A DNA stretch of 59,638 nucleotides, the filler included. It is 5 parts of 5 records of this genome, joined end to end, with 100 filler letters (N's around TTAATTAATTAA, not from the genome) between each part and the next. Parts side by side here need not be neighbours in the genome. Positions count along the whole stretch, not along the records: positions 1 to 23,655 come from SRR31156797_21857; 4 more parts are not named here. One strand, given 5' to 3'. The translations under genes were made by a program, and so were the position numbers. This document shows, piece by piece, positions 1 through 10,712 of the stretch. How positions within the stretch are numbered: the first letter of the stretch is position 1; each line of letters begins with the position of its first letter. The notes under the pieces were generated by a model. It worked only from the letters and a program-made list of their open reading frames with translations. It was not told where the DNA came from and ran no database searches.

Positions 1-181
1 TGTAGAAGCGATGGCCTCCAATATCGAAATAATACCCTTTATAAACTTCGGTGCGGGCAATCCCTCCGATCCGGGACGTCTTTTCAAAAACGACCGGGCG
101 TTTCCCCCGGTTGATCAGTTCATATGCTGCGCTGAGGCCCGCAGGGCCGGCGCCGATGACGGCAATTTTTTTATTCTTCAT
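1..181 (-). CDS. FAD/NAD(P)-dependent oxidoreductase of the UDP-galactopyranose mutase / PRK07208-like type; N-terminal part only, runs off the window
   Basis: Not in the ORF track. Translated by hand from ATG at 181: [22 protein letters not shown]...VFEK...[23 protein letters not shown], with a GxGxxG Rossmann motif and a DIGGHRF motif. Confidence 0.85.
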   Translation of the reverse strand, partial: MKNKKIAVIGAGPAGLSAAYELINRGKRPVVFEKTSRIGGIARTEVYKGYYFDIGGHRFY

Positions 182-372
182 GTTTAAAATATCCGGATAT
201 TTAGAGTTTGAGCGATCGCTATGAAATGCGCCGGAGAACGCCGAAAAAAACCTCCCCTAACCATGCCAATCCGCAGAAAAACAAAGACAGCATTATGATA
301 CCGATACATTTAGCCATCCCCTTGTTATGAATCAATATGCGACACAATCTTGCGTAATCATTTTTTCGAGGT

Positions 373-1614
373 CTAAGAACAACCGCTACGGCAGTGTCTT
401 TCCCAAAGCCTAAGATATAATGCCATGTGCTGATTTGCGAATTTGGCCCGCCTGTTTCGGATCCTCTTCATCAATTGAATGTCCGATTGGGAATCATTTG
501 AACCCTGCTTCACACGTTCCAAAACCTCAATAATGGCTTGTGACAGTGATAGGGGGTCATTGGGGCTGACAAGTCGGTCGCCGAAACTTTCATCCATCTG
601 TTCAGAAAATCCGCCCACATTTGTGGCAACCACCGGTTTGCCGAAGTCATGGCTCATATGAATGACGGCACTGGTTGAGCCTTGTAAATAGGGAACGACC
701 GTCAGATCGGCAGCCGAAAAATATGCAGGAATCAGTTCCGAAGGAACAAATCCCTGAGACCAATGAATGTTCGGTTTTATGGCCGAACGAACAATGCCAT
801 GCTCATAGGGGGAGGAACCGTCCTGTCGTTCTCCGGCAACAATAAGAAGGACCCGGTCAAATGATTTTCGAATATGAGAAAGGCTCCGAAGCAGAATATC
901 CAATCCTTTATAGGGTTTAATAAACCCGAAAAACAATATGTTAAGCGTATCCTGAGGAATACCCAACATCCCGCAGGCCTTTGAGCGATTGATGAAAACC
1001 GGATCTGAAATAAGGGTCGGGCCCAAATGGATCTTTGAGATTTTCGCTGATTCCATGCCCAAATTGAGGATTTCCCGGCGCCCATACTCACTATGAACAA
1101 CGATGGCATCGGCTCGACGGTAAAGCATGTGCCCTGAAAATGAAAATAACCTCGGGGTGGTTCCCGCCAGTGGAATTGGATCATGCGCCGTATAGACGAT
1201 TTTCCATCCGCGTCGCTGCCATAGGCACCAAAACACGGCATCCAGCCATGGCAGGTTGGCCCATTGAACGTGCATGATACCGGGAGTCCTGTGGGAAAGG
1301 CGGCCATTGAAGCGCAGCATTTCAAGAGGGTAGGTTAAGGCTTTGATCATCCGACGACAAAAAGTGGATTTTCCCATGGTTTTTGAGTTCAACAGCGCTG
1401 CAGCCGGAAAGCCTGAAAAGAAGGTCTTTTTGAAATTTAAAAAATCCGGAAATTCGATTTTTTCAAAGGGAAATTCCGATGTCGCGATTTCCACAAGCCA
1501 ACGCCGTTCGGACAATGCCCTTCCCAGACTGATGTTATAAAAAGGGAGGAAATTACATGGATCAAGGATAGTGACCGGGGGTTTATTCTTCCACATTCCA
1601 AACGACTCATCCAA
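373..1614 (-). CDS. glycosyltransferase family 4
   Basis: 413-aa ORF with GT-B motifs (YTAHD, FFGFIKPYKG, KPVVATNVGG). Overlaps the upstream gene by 8 bp. Confidence 0.88.
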   Translation of the reverse strand: MDESFGMWKNKPPVTILDPCNFLPFYNISLGRALSERRWLVEIATSEFPFEKIEFPDFLNFKKTFFSGFPAAALLNSKTMGKSTFCRRMIKALTYPLEMLRFNGRLSHRTPGIMHVQWANLPWLDAVFWCLWQRRGWKIVYTAHDPIPLAGTTPRLFSFSGHMLYRRADAIVVHSEYGRREILNLGMESAKISKIHLGPTLISDPVFINRSKACGMLGIPQDTLNILFFGFIKPYKGLDILLRSLSHIRKSFDRVLLIVAGERQDGSSPYEHGIVRSAIKPNIHWSQGFVPSELIPAYFSAADLTVVPYLQGSTSAVIHMSHDFGKPVVATNVGGFSEQMDESFGDRLVSPNDPLSLSQAIIEVLERVKQGSNDSQSDIQLMKRIRNRRAKFANQHMALYLRLWERHCRSGCS

Positions 1615-2452
1615 GCAAATGAACCGGCAAGGCGGCCTCCTTCAGGCGCAACAGAATGCGATAAAATCGGCTCTTAATGGCCTGCCTCGCTCCGGGCCCA
1701 AGACAGAAATTACTGAAATGGAGAATCAATGCGCCCGGTCTCGGAAAACCGCGATCCCAATGACTACAATGATTCCAGTACCAGGGAAGGGTCGTACAGG
1801 ATCCAGGATGTAAATTGTTGGTCCATAATTGAAAGTAGTCTTGATCCGCAATCATATGCTCTCCCACCTGATGGTCCCTTTTGGAGCGGTTTATCCGGTC
1901 GGCCGCCCAGGAGACAATTCTCGTAAGCTCCAAACGGTGACTTAAAACGACGCCGCTGTTGAAATATCGAAATTTATCCAATGACGGGGGCGTCAGGTCA
2001 GGTGAAAGCCAGGCAAGGGAATGATTCAGGTAATGATCAAGAAAATCTTTGCGAGTCATTCCAGAGCCCTGAATGGTCTTTTGTTCCACCATACCGATGC
2101 CGTTACCATCCAGGGCCGATTCAATTTTTTCCTGATCAATTTCCCTGACAACCAAGGTGTCCGCATCCATCATTATCACGTAGTTTTCGGACATGCTCCG
2201 GAGACAAGCTTCAAGCGCTTTGAACTTTAGAAGAAAAGGATCCGCGCGATGACGTGAAACAGGATTTTTCTTGAGAAAATGGATACGAATTCTGGAATTT
2301 GACGGAATTTTAAGGAATTGACGCTGATCATGTCTTAAAACAACAAACAGATTGAAATCGGTGTATTTCAGGATTGAATCAATTGCAATCCGTCCCACGC
2401 GGAAATATCCTTGTTGTCCATGGAAAAGCATGCAGACACAAACACTATCCAA
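1607..2452 (-). CDS. GT-A fold glycosyltransferase (GT8-like)
   Basis: MMDADT (DxD), YFNSGV, ADQDYF and ILHF motifs. The TTG start is uncertain. Confidence 0.7.
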   Translation of the reverse strand: MDSVCVCMLFHGQQGYFRVGRIAIDSILKYTDFNLFVVLRHDQRQFLKIPSNSRIRIHFLKKNPVSRHRADPFLLKFKALEACLRSMSENYVIMMDADTLVVREIDQEKIESALDGNGIGMVEQKTIQGSGMTRKDFLDHYLNHSLAWLSPDLTPPSLDKFRYFNSGVVLSHRLELTRIVSWAADRINRSKRDHQVGEHMIADQDYFQLWTNNLHPGSCTTLPWYWNHCSHWDRGFPRPGALILHFSNFCLGPGARQAIKSRFYRILLRLKEAALPVHLLG

Positions 2453-2633
2453 CTTGATCTTGCTCCGACAAATTGCTATTAAGATCTTTAATGTCAGTCT
2501 TTTGAACTTAACGAATGGGATATTATAGGAATTTTAATTAAAATCTGTCAATGTTTAAACCGCACCATGACGGTTCATTAAACTGCATGGCATCACCGTT
2601 TTTAAGATCTCGGAAAACATCCTAAGGATTTTC

Positions 2634-4463
2634 ATGGCAACAAATGAGAAAATGCAGGGGCGTAGGAAAAATTTCAAATTTTCCATTATCGAATTGTCCG
2701 GTTTTGGTGCAAATCGTCGTGATCTGGCGAAATTAATCGTTTTCACCTTGCTTTTCACATTTTTTGAGGGCCTTGGAATCGGCCTTGTACTGCCGGTACT
2801 GGAATATATAACGCAAGGAAAAACAGCTCTGAACCATGAAAACTGGCCCATTTTGTATGAACTTTTGAACATCTTGGGTTTTTCATCCGGACGCTCCGGC
2901 TTGTTTATCCTTCTTTTTTTGGCATTTACATGCCTCTTGTTGAGATCCATCTTCCATTACATCCAAGATATAAACGGGGTTAAATTGTCCCTTACGGTCG
3001 CCACAAACCTTCGCAAGCGGGCCATCAACCACTTTTTGATGAGCGATTTTGCGTTCCTCTCTTCCAAAGGCACGGGCCGTCTTTTCAGTGCATTGACCAT
3101 GGAAGCGGCCCGTGCCGGAGAGGCGTTGAAAGCTCAGATTGTTTTTTTCACATCCCTGGCCCTTTTACTGGTTTATGTGATTCTTCTATGTTGGCTTTCC
3201 TGGAACCTATTCCTCCTCACACTCCCGGTGTTTGCTTTAGTGGTCCTGATATTTCGCCATCTCCGTCAGATTTTGGGAGGAATCGGTAAAACCGTATCCA
3301 AACTGAACAACTCCTTCGGCCGATCCGTCAGCGAACATCTTCGAGGTATCGACCGGGTAAAAATGCGGGCCCAAGAAGCATCGGCAGCAGGCGTTCTCAA
3401 TCAAACCGTTGACGATCTGGCCGAATCAAGTCTGGATATCGAGCGATGGCGACTCCTGGTGGATATCGGCATTTTTCCCGTCTTGGTGCTTTCGGCTTTT
3501 GGGGTCCTTTTTCTGGCCGTGGAATACCTCAACATGAGCATATCCGCCTTGGGACTGTTTCTGTTTATCATGATGAGACTGGCGCCGCAATTTACCATGC
3601 TCAATGGCATTTGGTCCCATATGCATTCTTGCTTTGCAAGCTTCAAGGATTTGAATGGGTTGATCGAGACTGCGCGCCAACACAAAGAATGCTGGGATGG
3701 AACGTATCATTTTCATCAGCTCACGACCGGTCTTACCATAAAACAGATGGGATTTGTTTATCCCGGCCCCCATGATGAAAAACCGGCGCTGCAAAATATT
3801 TCCTGCTCTATCCCAAAAGGCTCCCTTACGGCTCTGGTGGGCAGGTCCGGGGCGGGAAAATCCACTTTTGTCAAGCTTGTGGTCGGTTTCTACCGAGCAC
3901 AACGGGGAAAAATTGTTGTGGATGAGACGTCCCTTGAAGCACTTGATATGGCTTCATGGCGACGAAAAATTGCTTACCTTAACCAGGAACCCTTCCTCTT
4001 TGACGAAACCATACGAGACAATCTTAATTATGGCCTGGACAAGCCGCTTTCGAAAAAGCAAGAGCTGGAAGTGCTGACCCGGAGCCATTCGCAAGAATTC
4101 ACGACCCGGTTGGAGAAAGGGCTTGAAACCCGTGTGGGTGAAGCGGGACAACGCCTGTCCCAGGGGCAGAAGCAACGGCTGGCCCTGGCCCATGCCCTGG
4201 CCGTCAACCCACAGTTACTCATACTGGATGAACCCACCTCGGCCCTGGATGCGGAGTCGGAGGAAGCGATTCAAAAAATGCTCATGAGCGCAAAGGGCCG
4301 TATCACCATGATTGTGATAGCGCACCGTCTTTCGACCATAGGTAACGCGGACAACATCCTCCTATTGGATCAGGGAACATTGGTCGACCAAGGGTCGCAC
4401 GAAATGCTTCTGGAAAACAATCCACTTTATCAGTCACTTTTTGAAAAGCAAATGATCAGATGA
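2634..4463 (+). CDS. ABC transporter, fused permease and ATPase (MsbA/PglK/HepA-like glycan flippase)
   Basis: N-terminal transmembrane domain, Walker A GRSGAGKST, signature LSQGQKQR, Walker B ILDE, H-loop IAHR. Lies inside the glycosyltransferase cluster. Confidence 0.9.
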   Translation: MATNEKMQGRRKNFKFSIIELSGFGANRRDLAKLIVFTLLFTFFEGLGIGLVLPVLEYITQGKTALNHENWPILYELLNILGFSSGRSGLFILLFLAFTCLLLRSIFHYIQDINGVKLSLTVATNLRKRAINHFLMSDFAFLSSKGTGRLFSALTMEAARAGEALKAQIVFFTSLALLLVYVILLCWLSWNLFLLTLPVFALVVLIFRHLRQILGGIGKTVSKLNNSFGRSVSEHLRGIDRVKMRAQEASAAGVLNQTVDDLAESSLDIERWRLLVDIGIFPVLVLSAFGVLFLAVEYLNMSISALGLFLFIMMRLAPQFTMLNGIWSHMHSCFASFKDLNGLIETARQHKECWDGTYHFHQLTTGLTIKQMGFVYPGPHDEKPALQNISCSIPKGSLTALVGRSGAGKSTFVKLVVGFYRAQRGKIVVDETSLEALDMASWRRKIAYLNQEPFLFDETIRDNLNYGLDKPLSKKQELEVLTRSHSQEFTTRLEKGLETRVGEAGQRLSQGQKQRLALAHALAVNPQLLILDEPTSALDAESEEAIQKMLMSAKGRITMIVIAHRLSTIGNADNILLLDQGTLVDQGSHEMLLENNPLYQSLFEKQMIR

Positions 4464-4536
4464 TGCCCTTATTCCAGTATGATAAACCTCAAAATAATAC
4501 GCATGTTTTTTGTGATCCGGGCCCACAAACATTCGA

Positions 4537-5469
4537 TCATACATAACCCCTGAAACGCCACCACCTTATCTTAAGCTGTTCCCATGAAAATCTCGTCTGA
4601 AATCCAATGGATCTCCGCCTGAGAAACAAACGCCTTAAGCCCACTCTTGCTGGCGATAATCTCCGGACGGTTACGGTAGAAGGCGTTAGGGATTTTTGGG
4701 ACGGCTGTGGATTGAGCAAACCCCGATGCAGCAGATCCAACGTATAACGACCGGACCACCGACGTCTGAATCGCCGCAAATCCTTCCGGGATCGCTTCAA
4801 AAGAGTCCGTTCAGCGGGCGGCAGGCATAAGACATCAATATCACAAAGGCAAAACACGCGCCAACCGTGCTGCCGCGCCCGTAAACAGAGGTCAACATCA
4901 ACCAGTCCGGCGGATGGATCCAAACCGCCGAGATCATCCAAAACCGCTCTTCGCACCAAAACACAGGCCCCTCCGACGGCCTGGAATTCTTTGTGAAGGA
5001 TCTGCGACGAATGGTTTTTTTTATAAGGGACAGGCCCCCGCTTGGACATGAGAAACCCTGCCTGATGAATCGTTCCGTTGGGATTCATAAGCCTGGGTGC
5101 AACCACACCGGCCCACGGCTCCGTTCGACAAAATTCCAGCATCCCCGTCAGGATTCCAGCCGGCACGGATATATTTTGATCCATGACAAAATAGAATTCA
5201 CTGTCATAACGGTTTGCAACAAAATCGAGAGCGGACGACCAGGATAGCGGAAAATCGGCTCGAATGATTTCCATCTGAGTATTACTTAATTCTTTGAATT
5301 GAAATGGAAATTCTGAAAAGCCGTGGAGCAGGATCACGCGTAACGGACAAGGGGCTTCAATTCTGTTAAGCCCTTGTTCCAACGCTCTCAGGGAGGAATG
5401 GGGATGAAAACGCAAATCACGGCAAATAACCACAACCGTCACGGTTCCCTTTCTCAAGAATTCAGCCAA
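4537..5469 (-). CDS. glycosyltransferase family 2
   Basis: AVGGACVLVRR and DVDLCLRA motifs. Arg-rich C-terminus. The start is uncertain. Confidence 0.75.
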   Translation of the reverse strand: MAEFLRKGTVTVVVICRDLRFHPHSSLRALEQGLNRIEAPCPLRVILLHGFSEFPFQFKELSNTQMEIIRADFPLSWSSALDFVANRYDSEFYFVMDQNISVPAGILTGMLEFCRTEPWAGVVAPRLMNPNGTIHQAGFLMSKRGPVPYKKNHSSQILHKEFQAVGGACVLVRRAVLDDLGGLDPSAGLVDVDLCLRARQHGWRVFCLCDIDVLCLPPAERTLLKRSRKDLRRFRRRWSGRYTLDLLHRGLLNPQPSQKSLTPSTVTVRRLSPARVGLRRLFLRRRSIGFQTRFSWEQLKIRWWRFRGYV

Positions 5470-6335
5470 GATAGTTCCCCTTCCAACAATCGGGCTAAAT
5501 TTCGGCGTTGCCCGGACAACCGATATTTTTGCGCGGTAACCAAAGCCCTGGCACGAAAAACCTCTCGAATCTCTTCCTGTCTTGGCTCCGCTAGCCAGGC
5601 AAGTGATTCACTTATCATTTCAGGTTCTTTTAATAGGCAATTAAAGTTTGGCTTTAAATACTCTCCTCCCCCTTTAACCGGAACTGAAATGACGACACAA
5701 CCCGCCGCCATGGCTTCAAGGGCCGGCAGTCCGAATTGTTCTCCAATTGAAGTGGCCAGATATATGCCGCTGCTTTTTAAACATCGGCTTACGCCCATTT
5801 CATCCAAGCCCTCGATGGGTTGATAATCGAGCTTGGGATTATTTTTCAAACAGATCCTTACCACCTCCCATCCACGCCTGGGCATGTATGCAACGCGGTT
5901 GTCCCATTTTTTCCGGCCGTCGTGGAAGAAACAGTCAGAGATGGCGATACCGACCCGAGTGGTGGTTCGATGGTGAAACTCTCGTACATATTCGTCCGCT
6001 TGGGTCCAGCAGCTCAAAATCGGAACAGCCCCGTCGGCGAATATGGGATCCATCAACTCGTCCGTGCCCTGGCAATGGCAAATCAATTTCCCGCGGTTCT
6101 TCAAGCGGAGGTAATCGGGGGGCCAGGTAATCATAAGCCAATCATCGGGCCTCAAACGGGGCCAGACCTCATCTTCGGGCAGTACCGCCGCTCTTGCAAC
6201 GAACCAATCGGGTGCAAAGCCATCCGGCAAGACGGCGACGATCCTGACACCGAGGGAGGTCAATAGTTCAATGAATTGGATCGCCACTTTGACCCCGCCA
6301 AAAAGACCTCGGCCGGGCAGGAAATAGTAGATCAC
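5454..6335 (-). CDS. GT-B glycosyltransferase (GT4-like)
   Basis: N-terminal GGVKV and C-terminal EQFGLPALEAMAAGC (EX7E) motif. Confidence 0.82.
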   Translation of the reverse strand: MIYYFLPGRGLFGGVKVAIQFIELLTSLGVRIVAVLPDGFAPDWFVARAAVLPEDEVWPRLRPDDWLMITWPPDYLRLKNRGKLICHCQGTDELMDPIFADGAVPILSCWTQADEYVREFHHRTTTRVGIAISDCFFHDGRKKWDNRVAYMPRRGWEVVRICLKNNPKLDYQPIEGLDEMGVSRCLKSSGIYLATSIGEQFGLPALEAMAAGCVVISVPVKGGGEYLKPNFNCLLKEPEMISESLAWLAEPRQEEIREVFRARALVTAQKYRLSGQRRNLARLLEGELSWLNS

Positions 6336-6354
6336 TTCCGAACTCCTTTTTTAT

Positions 6355-7443
6355 TCATACGGCTGAATCAAATAACCCCAACGCTTTCTTGTAAACTTTC
6401 AAGTATCGTTCGGGACGACCCTCTTTTTTGAGCTTTTCGATCACTTTTGCAGCGTGAACGGCGTGTTCTTCACGTCTGAATCTGGACCAGCTCAGCACCT
6501 CTTGGAGACAATGGGCCAACTGGGACGGATTGAAAGGTGATGCAAAGAGTCCCAAATCTCCGGCCAGTTCCAGATGAACCGGAATTTCCGACAGAACCAA
6601 AGGGCAACCAAAGCGCAGGGCTTCAGCCACCGGATAATCAAACCCTTCATCCAGGCTGTATTGAACAAGGGCCGAGGCCCTCTCATAGAAACCGGCCAGT
6701 ACAGGGTCCTCAACGCGTCCCAGCCATTTTGCGGCAGGACCCATTCGAGCCAATTGGGCCAGAATCGGTTTGGCCCGCCAGCCATAGGGTCCGATAAGGT
6801 AAAGGGGCACCCCGGTTTTTGGAAAAGCCCACATCTGCGCCTCAAGCAGCCGTTTTAGATTCTTCCGGGGTTCCAATGTCCCCACCGTCAACAGAAAAGG
6901 TTTGCCCGGAACTGCTGGTTTTGGATTCGGATTCAGACTCGGTAAGGGCGGAGGGATACAGCTGATCCGCCGAGACTCTATGCCGCACCTGGCTTTCAAT
7001 TTGTCGGCCACCGAATGGCTGAGGGTAACAATCTGGTCCGCATTCCGTAGGGCAAACTTTAAATTCCAAAGATCGTAATACTTTTTAAGCCCTAGCGGTT
7101 TTGTTGAAAACGCTTCCATCAGCCAAAGATCGTGGCAGGTGACCACCGTACTCGCCGAAATGCGCTTCGGCAGAAACCCATGGGGTGAATGGTAGAGTTG
7201 CGCTGAATTTCGCCGGCAGGCGATCGGAAGAGAGACCTGATCGTTATAAAATTGCCGTAATCCGCTGATGACCGGCCAAGGGCGTCCCGTGCCGGCGGGT
7301 CCCACCCTTCGTCCCGGGCCCGGCTGCCGCCCGAAAACATGCAATTCCCTCCGGCCGAGGAGACGCGACAAAACCTTACGGAGTTCTCCGGTATAACGAT
7401 GGATCCCGCCTAAGCTGGGCCTTCCATCCAGAACAACTTTCAT
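6355..7443 (-). CDS. glycosyltransferase family 4 (MtfB/WbaZ-like)
   Basis: VTCHD, VGTLEPRKN and EGFDYPVAEA motifs. Confidence 0.88.
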   Translation of the reverse strand: MKVVLDGRPSLGGIHRYTGELRKVLSRLLGRRELHVFGRQPGPGRRVGPAGTGRPWPVISGLRQFYNDQVSLPIACRRNSAQLYHSPHGFLPKRISASTVVTCHDLWLMEAFSTKPLGLKKYYDLWNLKFALRNADQIVTLSHSVADKLKARCGIESRRISCIPPPLPSLNPNPKPAVPGKPFLLTVGTLEPRKNLKRLLEAQMWAFPKTGVPLYLIGPYGWRAKPILAQLARMGPAAKWLGRVEDPVLAGFYERASALVQYSLDEGFDYPVAEALRFGCPLVLSEIPVHLELAGDLGLFASPFNPSQLAHCLQEVLSWSRFRREEHAVHAAKVIEKLKKEGRPERYLKVYKKALGLFDSAV

Positions 7444-7454
7444 ATTCTATCCGT

Positions 7455-8642
7455 TCATCTCTTTTTGTGCTCAAGGTCATGGTAAATTTTCATCAGATCC
7501 GGTTCAAGGGCCGCCCAGTCATGTTCAGCCAGCAAAGTTTGTCTGGCACGATGCGCCAATGATTCGGCATTAACGGGTTCCCGAAGCAGCGCCAGCGCCT
7601 TTTGGACCATCTCACCGGGAGAGTCAGCTGCCAAATAATCCCGATCGGGTTTGAAATTCAACCCTTCGGCACTAACGGGTGTGGCGATGATGGGCACGCC
7701 ACAGGCGGCGGCTTCAAGCAATTTGAGACGGCTGCCGCCCCCCCAGCGCAAAGGGCAAAGCAGTAGGCCGATTCGACGCCATATGCGGGACATATCATCC
7801 ACGTCAGCCATGACCTCAAGCCCGTTTCCAGCCAATGATAAAATTTTGCGGTCGGCGGACAGGCCGGCAATCAGGCACTTCAAATCCGTATGGGCCCCTC
7901 TAAGCTCGGGATAAACTTCACGAGCCAGTATCATGGCTGCATTGCGGTTGGGCGGATAGCCTAAATGGCCGATAAATGCGACCGGACCTTTTTGTCTTTT
8001 TAAGGGGGGGATGAAAGAATATGCACCGGCATTGATGGCGTTGGGAATATAATAAGTATTTTGATTTACGGATCGAAACCATTTCGCTTCCTTTTCCGCC
8101 ACAGCGATGATGGATGTGACACGAGACGCCCAACTGCGCTCTAAACATGCCATCTTCCGAATAAAAGGTTGGGCCAGACGTCTACGCATACTGTTAAGGG
8201 GCCCGGCCACCACCAGGTGTTCCAGATTATGCGCCGAGTAAATACACGGTATTGACCGGCACAGGGCAGCATCCAGATAGCGAACCGAGCCGATCCATTC
8301 TGCCTGGACCGCATCCGGCGACCATTCTTTTAGGGCACGTGCCACGGCAACCTGCATTTTGGGAGATGAATATTCTTCATAATAAAATGGCATCCGTTTT
8401 GCCGGAGCCACAATCCTGCTGCGCATTTTATGTTGTTTGGTCAATGGATCGAGAACGATTTTCACATAATCACAATGGCTTTCAGCCTCTTTTGCCAGCT
8501 CTGCTTCAGCCTGAGAACGGGTCAGCACCACCAACCCCACATGGGCGGAGTGACCCACGGCCTCGATCCAGCCTTTTGAGCGCAGGGGCGTTCCACTTCG
8601 GGAAGGCCAGGGAGGTTGCACACAAATAAACAGGACTTTCAC
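7455..8642 (-). CDS. glycosyltransferase family 4
   Basis: AHNLE, FIGHLGYPPN and GGGSRLKLLEAAACG motifs. Confidence 0.88.
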   Translation of the reverse strand: MKVLFICVQPPWPSRSGTPLRSKGWIEAVGHSAHVGLVVLTRSQAEAELAKEAESHCDYVKIVLDPLTKQHKMRSRIVAPAKRMPFYYEEYSSPKMQVAVARALKEWSPDAVQAEWIGSVRYLDAALCRSIPCIYSAHNLEHLVVAGPLNSMRRRLAQPFIRKMACLERSWASRVTSIIAVAEKEAKWFRSVNQNTYYIPNAINAGAYSFIPPLKRQKGPVAFIGHLGYPPNRNAAMILAREVYPELRGAHTDLKCLIAGLSADRKILSLAGNGLEVMADVDDMSRIWRRIGLLLCPLRWGGGSRLKLLEAAACGVPIIATPVSAEGLNFKPDRDYLAADSPGEMVQKALALLREPVNAESLAHRARQTLLAEHDWAALEPDLMKIYHDLEHKKR

Positions 8643-9748
8643 GATGTACTCTCTGAATGAACTAAATTATGATAAATGTCCTGCGTTCGTTTCGCTAGCT
8701 CCCCATAGCCATGTTTTTCAGCAAATTCCACATTGGCTGCAGAAAGGGCTGCCTGTTCATCTTGATCCCGTAACACCGCGTCGATCAGCTCGGGCCAGAC
8801 CCCGGGGCTATGCAATGGAAGCAGCTTTATACCGGCGCCATGGGCTCTGAATTGTGACATGGCCGGCAGATCGGTGGCAAGAACCGGCATACCCATCCCG
8901 ATGGCCCAGGTCAGGGACCCGGAGCCGGCGGCCCAGCTGAAGGGTAAAATAACTGCTTTTGCCTGAATGGATCTCCATTCCAAATGGGATCGTTCCAAAT
9001 AGCCGGTCACCCTGACACGGTTCTTCAGACCCAGTTTTCCAATCTTGGTTTTTAATTGGTGGTAAAAAGCCCGATCATATGGATCTTGAGGTCCTCCGGC
9101 CAGTTCCCAGTGCACGTCCCGAAGTTGGGCGAGGGGATCGAGCAATTCCAGATAACCTTTGTGCGACTTGATAAAACCCGGACTGATCAGGTCTAAGGGG
9201 TGATCCTCATTAATTGACCAGACGCGGCCCACGGGCGGCACGGGATGAAGGGCCAGGGAAACACGGTCGGGACCCGCCAGTTTTCTGATTCTGAATGCCG
9301 GCTCGGGGGAATGGACAACCCAATGTGCCGCTCGCTTATATTGGCGCTTTTCCCAAGTCCCATAATGGGGGATGTAGGCCAGGTCCCTGGCAAGAGAAAA
9401 GAAGCCATAGGTCCCATTCTTCAGCCAGAGCGGTTTCACTTGCGGGATAGCGTCATGGAGCGTAACCAGGGCGGGCGGTTGCAGCCGATCCATGAAGGTG
9501 GCGAACAGATTATGGTACGGCCGCGGGATGTTAAACAGGCTGGGTTCAAAGTGCACGTGCACCACATCAGCGGAGTCCGCCCGGGCGGCCGCTTTTTTCC
9601 AGGCATTGGATGAAGGGGCGGTCGGCAAATGGATCCAATGCAAAACAAACTCCGTTCCAAGGGTTTCCGCCAGGAAATGAGCATAATCAAAAATACCGCA
9701 CTTGCGCTTTCCCGGCGCGGCCATTGCCAACCGAAGTCGATCACTCAT
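8639..9748 (-). CDS. glycosyltransferase family 4
   Basis: CGIFDY, VTLHD, PGFIKSHKG and PVLATD motifs. Overlaps both neighbours. Confidence 0.8.
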   Translation of the reverse strand: MSDRLRLAMAAPGKRKCGIFDYAHFLAETLGTEFVLHWIHLPTAPSSNAWKKAAARADSADVVHVHFEPSLFNIPRPYHNLFATFMDRLQPPALVTLHDAIPQVKPLWLKNGTYGFFSLARDLAYIPHYGTWEKRQYKRAAHWVVHSPEPAFRIRKLAGPDRVSLALHPVPPVGRVWSINEDHPLDLISPGFIKSHKGYLELLDPLAQLRDVHWELAGGPQDPYDRAFYHQLKTKIGKLGLKNRVRVTGYLERSHLEWRSIQAKAVILPFSWAAGSGSLTWAIGMGMPVLATDLPAMSQFRAHGAGIKLLPLHSPGVWPELIDAVLRDQDEQAALSAANVEFAEKHGYGELAKRTQDIYHNLVHSESTS

Positions 9749-10712
9749 TGTACGCCCCCAGGTGGATGGCCAGTCTTTCCTCTACGAGATCAACATATGC
9801 ACCTAATCCGGGATCATTCCCCAACAGGCTCTGCTTCGTTTTACATAGAAAGTATTCAACAGTCAATCCAAGGGTCAGCATAAATTTCAGGAAAATGCTG
9901 CGTTGCGCCCCATAATGCTTGGCATAAAAAGCATAAAAACTTTCCCAGAAACAGCCTGCATCTTGGCCATGGCCTTTAAAACTGGCGCCACCCGAATGCC
10001 GGCAAATAAACTGCGGGCAATAGAGGATATGGCCGCCCTTGGCCCGCACGCGACGACAGAAATCCGTTTCTTCAAAGTAGAGGAAGAATCTTTCGGAATC
10101 GAACGGCCCTATCCGTTCGATCCAGCTTTTCTTGAATGCAAAGCATGCGCCCTGAACCATGGCACAGATTGTCATATGATGCGTTGCGAAAGGATCAATG
10201 AAATAATGTTGCCGGAGCCAATGGCGTTTAAAAAACCTGCGAAAGGGCGTGTACTCGATTAAGGCCGTCAATGAATTCGGGTCCCGCCGGGTGGCCGAAG
10301 GCAAGAGCGGCTCATTTGATGTAAACGGCAAAAGCTTAGGTCCTGCTACGGCTGCACCCCTCTGTCTGCTCAAAACCATGGCCAATCCTTTCAAGCAGTC
10401 AGGCTCAGGCCTGGCATCGGGGTTTAAAAGGATGACAATTTCTTCTTTTGCCCGAGTCAAACCGAGATTAACGCCTCCACCGAACCCGAGGTTTTTTGGG
10501 GACTCCATATACTCCACCTGTGGGTACATGGAAGTAATCCGGTTCTTCAGGTTGACGGTTGGGCTGTTGTTAACAACAATAATTTGGTTTGGCACCTCTC
10601 CGGGCAATTCCGAAATGTGCTTAAGCGTGGCCAACAAAAGCGGTTCGGTCCGGTAATGGACTAATATTACGCTGACTTCATTCACACCTTCATAATTCCT
10701 TATCTTCGGCAC
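9741..10712 (-). CDS. glycosyltransferase family 2 (WbbL-like)
   Basis: NLGFGGGVN, LLNPD and FFLYFEETDFC motifs. Confidence 0.88.
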   Translation of the reverse strand: MPKIRNYEGVNEVSVILVHYRTEPLLLATLKHISELPGEVPNQIIVVNNSPTVNLKNRITSMYPQVEYMESPKNLGFGGGVNLGLTRAKEEIVILLNPDARPEPDCLKGLAMVLSRQRGAAVAGPKLLPFTSNEPLLPSATRRDPNSLTALIEYTPFRRFFKRHWLRQHYFIDPFATHHMTICAMVQGACFAFKKSWIERIGPFDSERFFLYFEETDFCRRVRAKGGHILYCPQFICRHSGGASFKGHGQDAGCFWESFYAFYAKHYGAQRSIFLKFMLTLGLTVEYFLCKTKQSLLGNDPGLGAYVDLVEERLAIHLGAYNE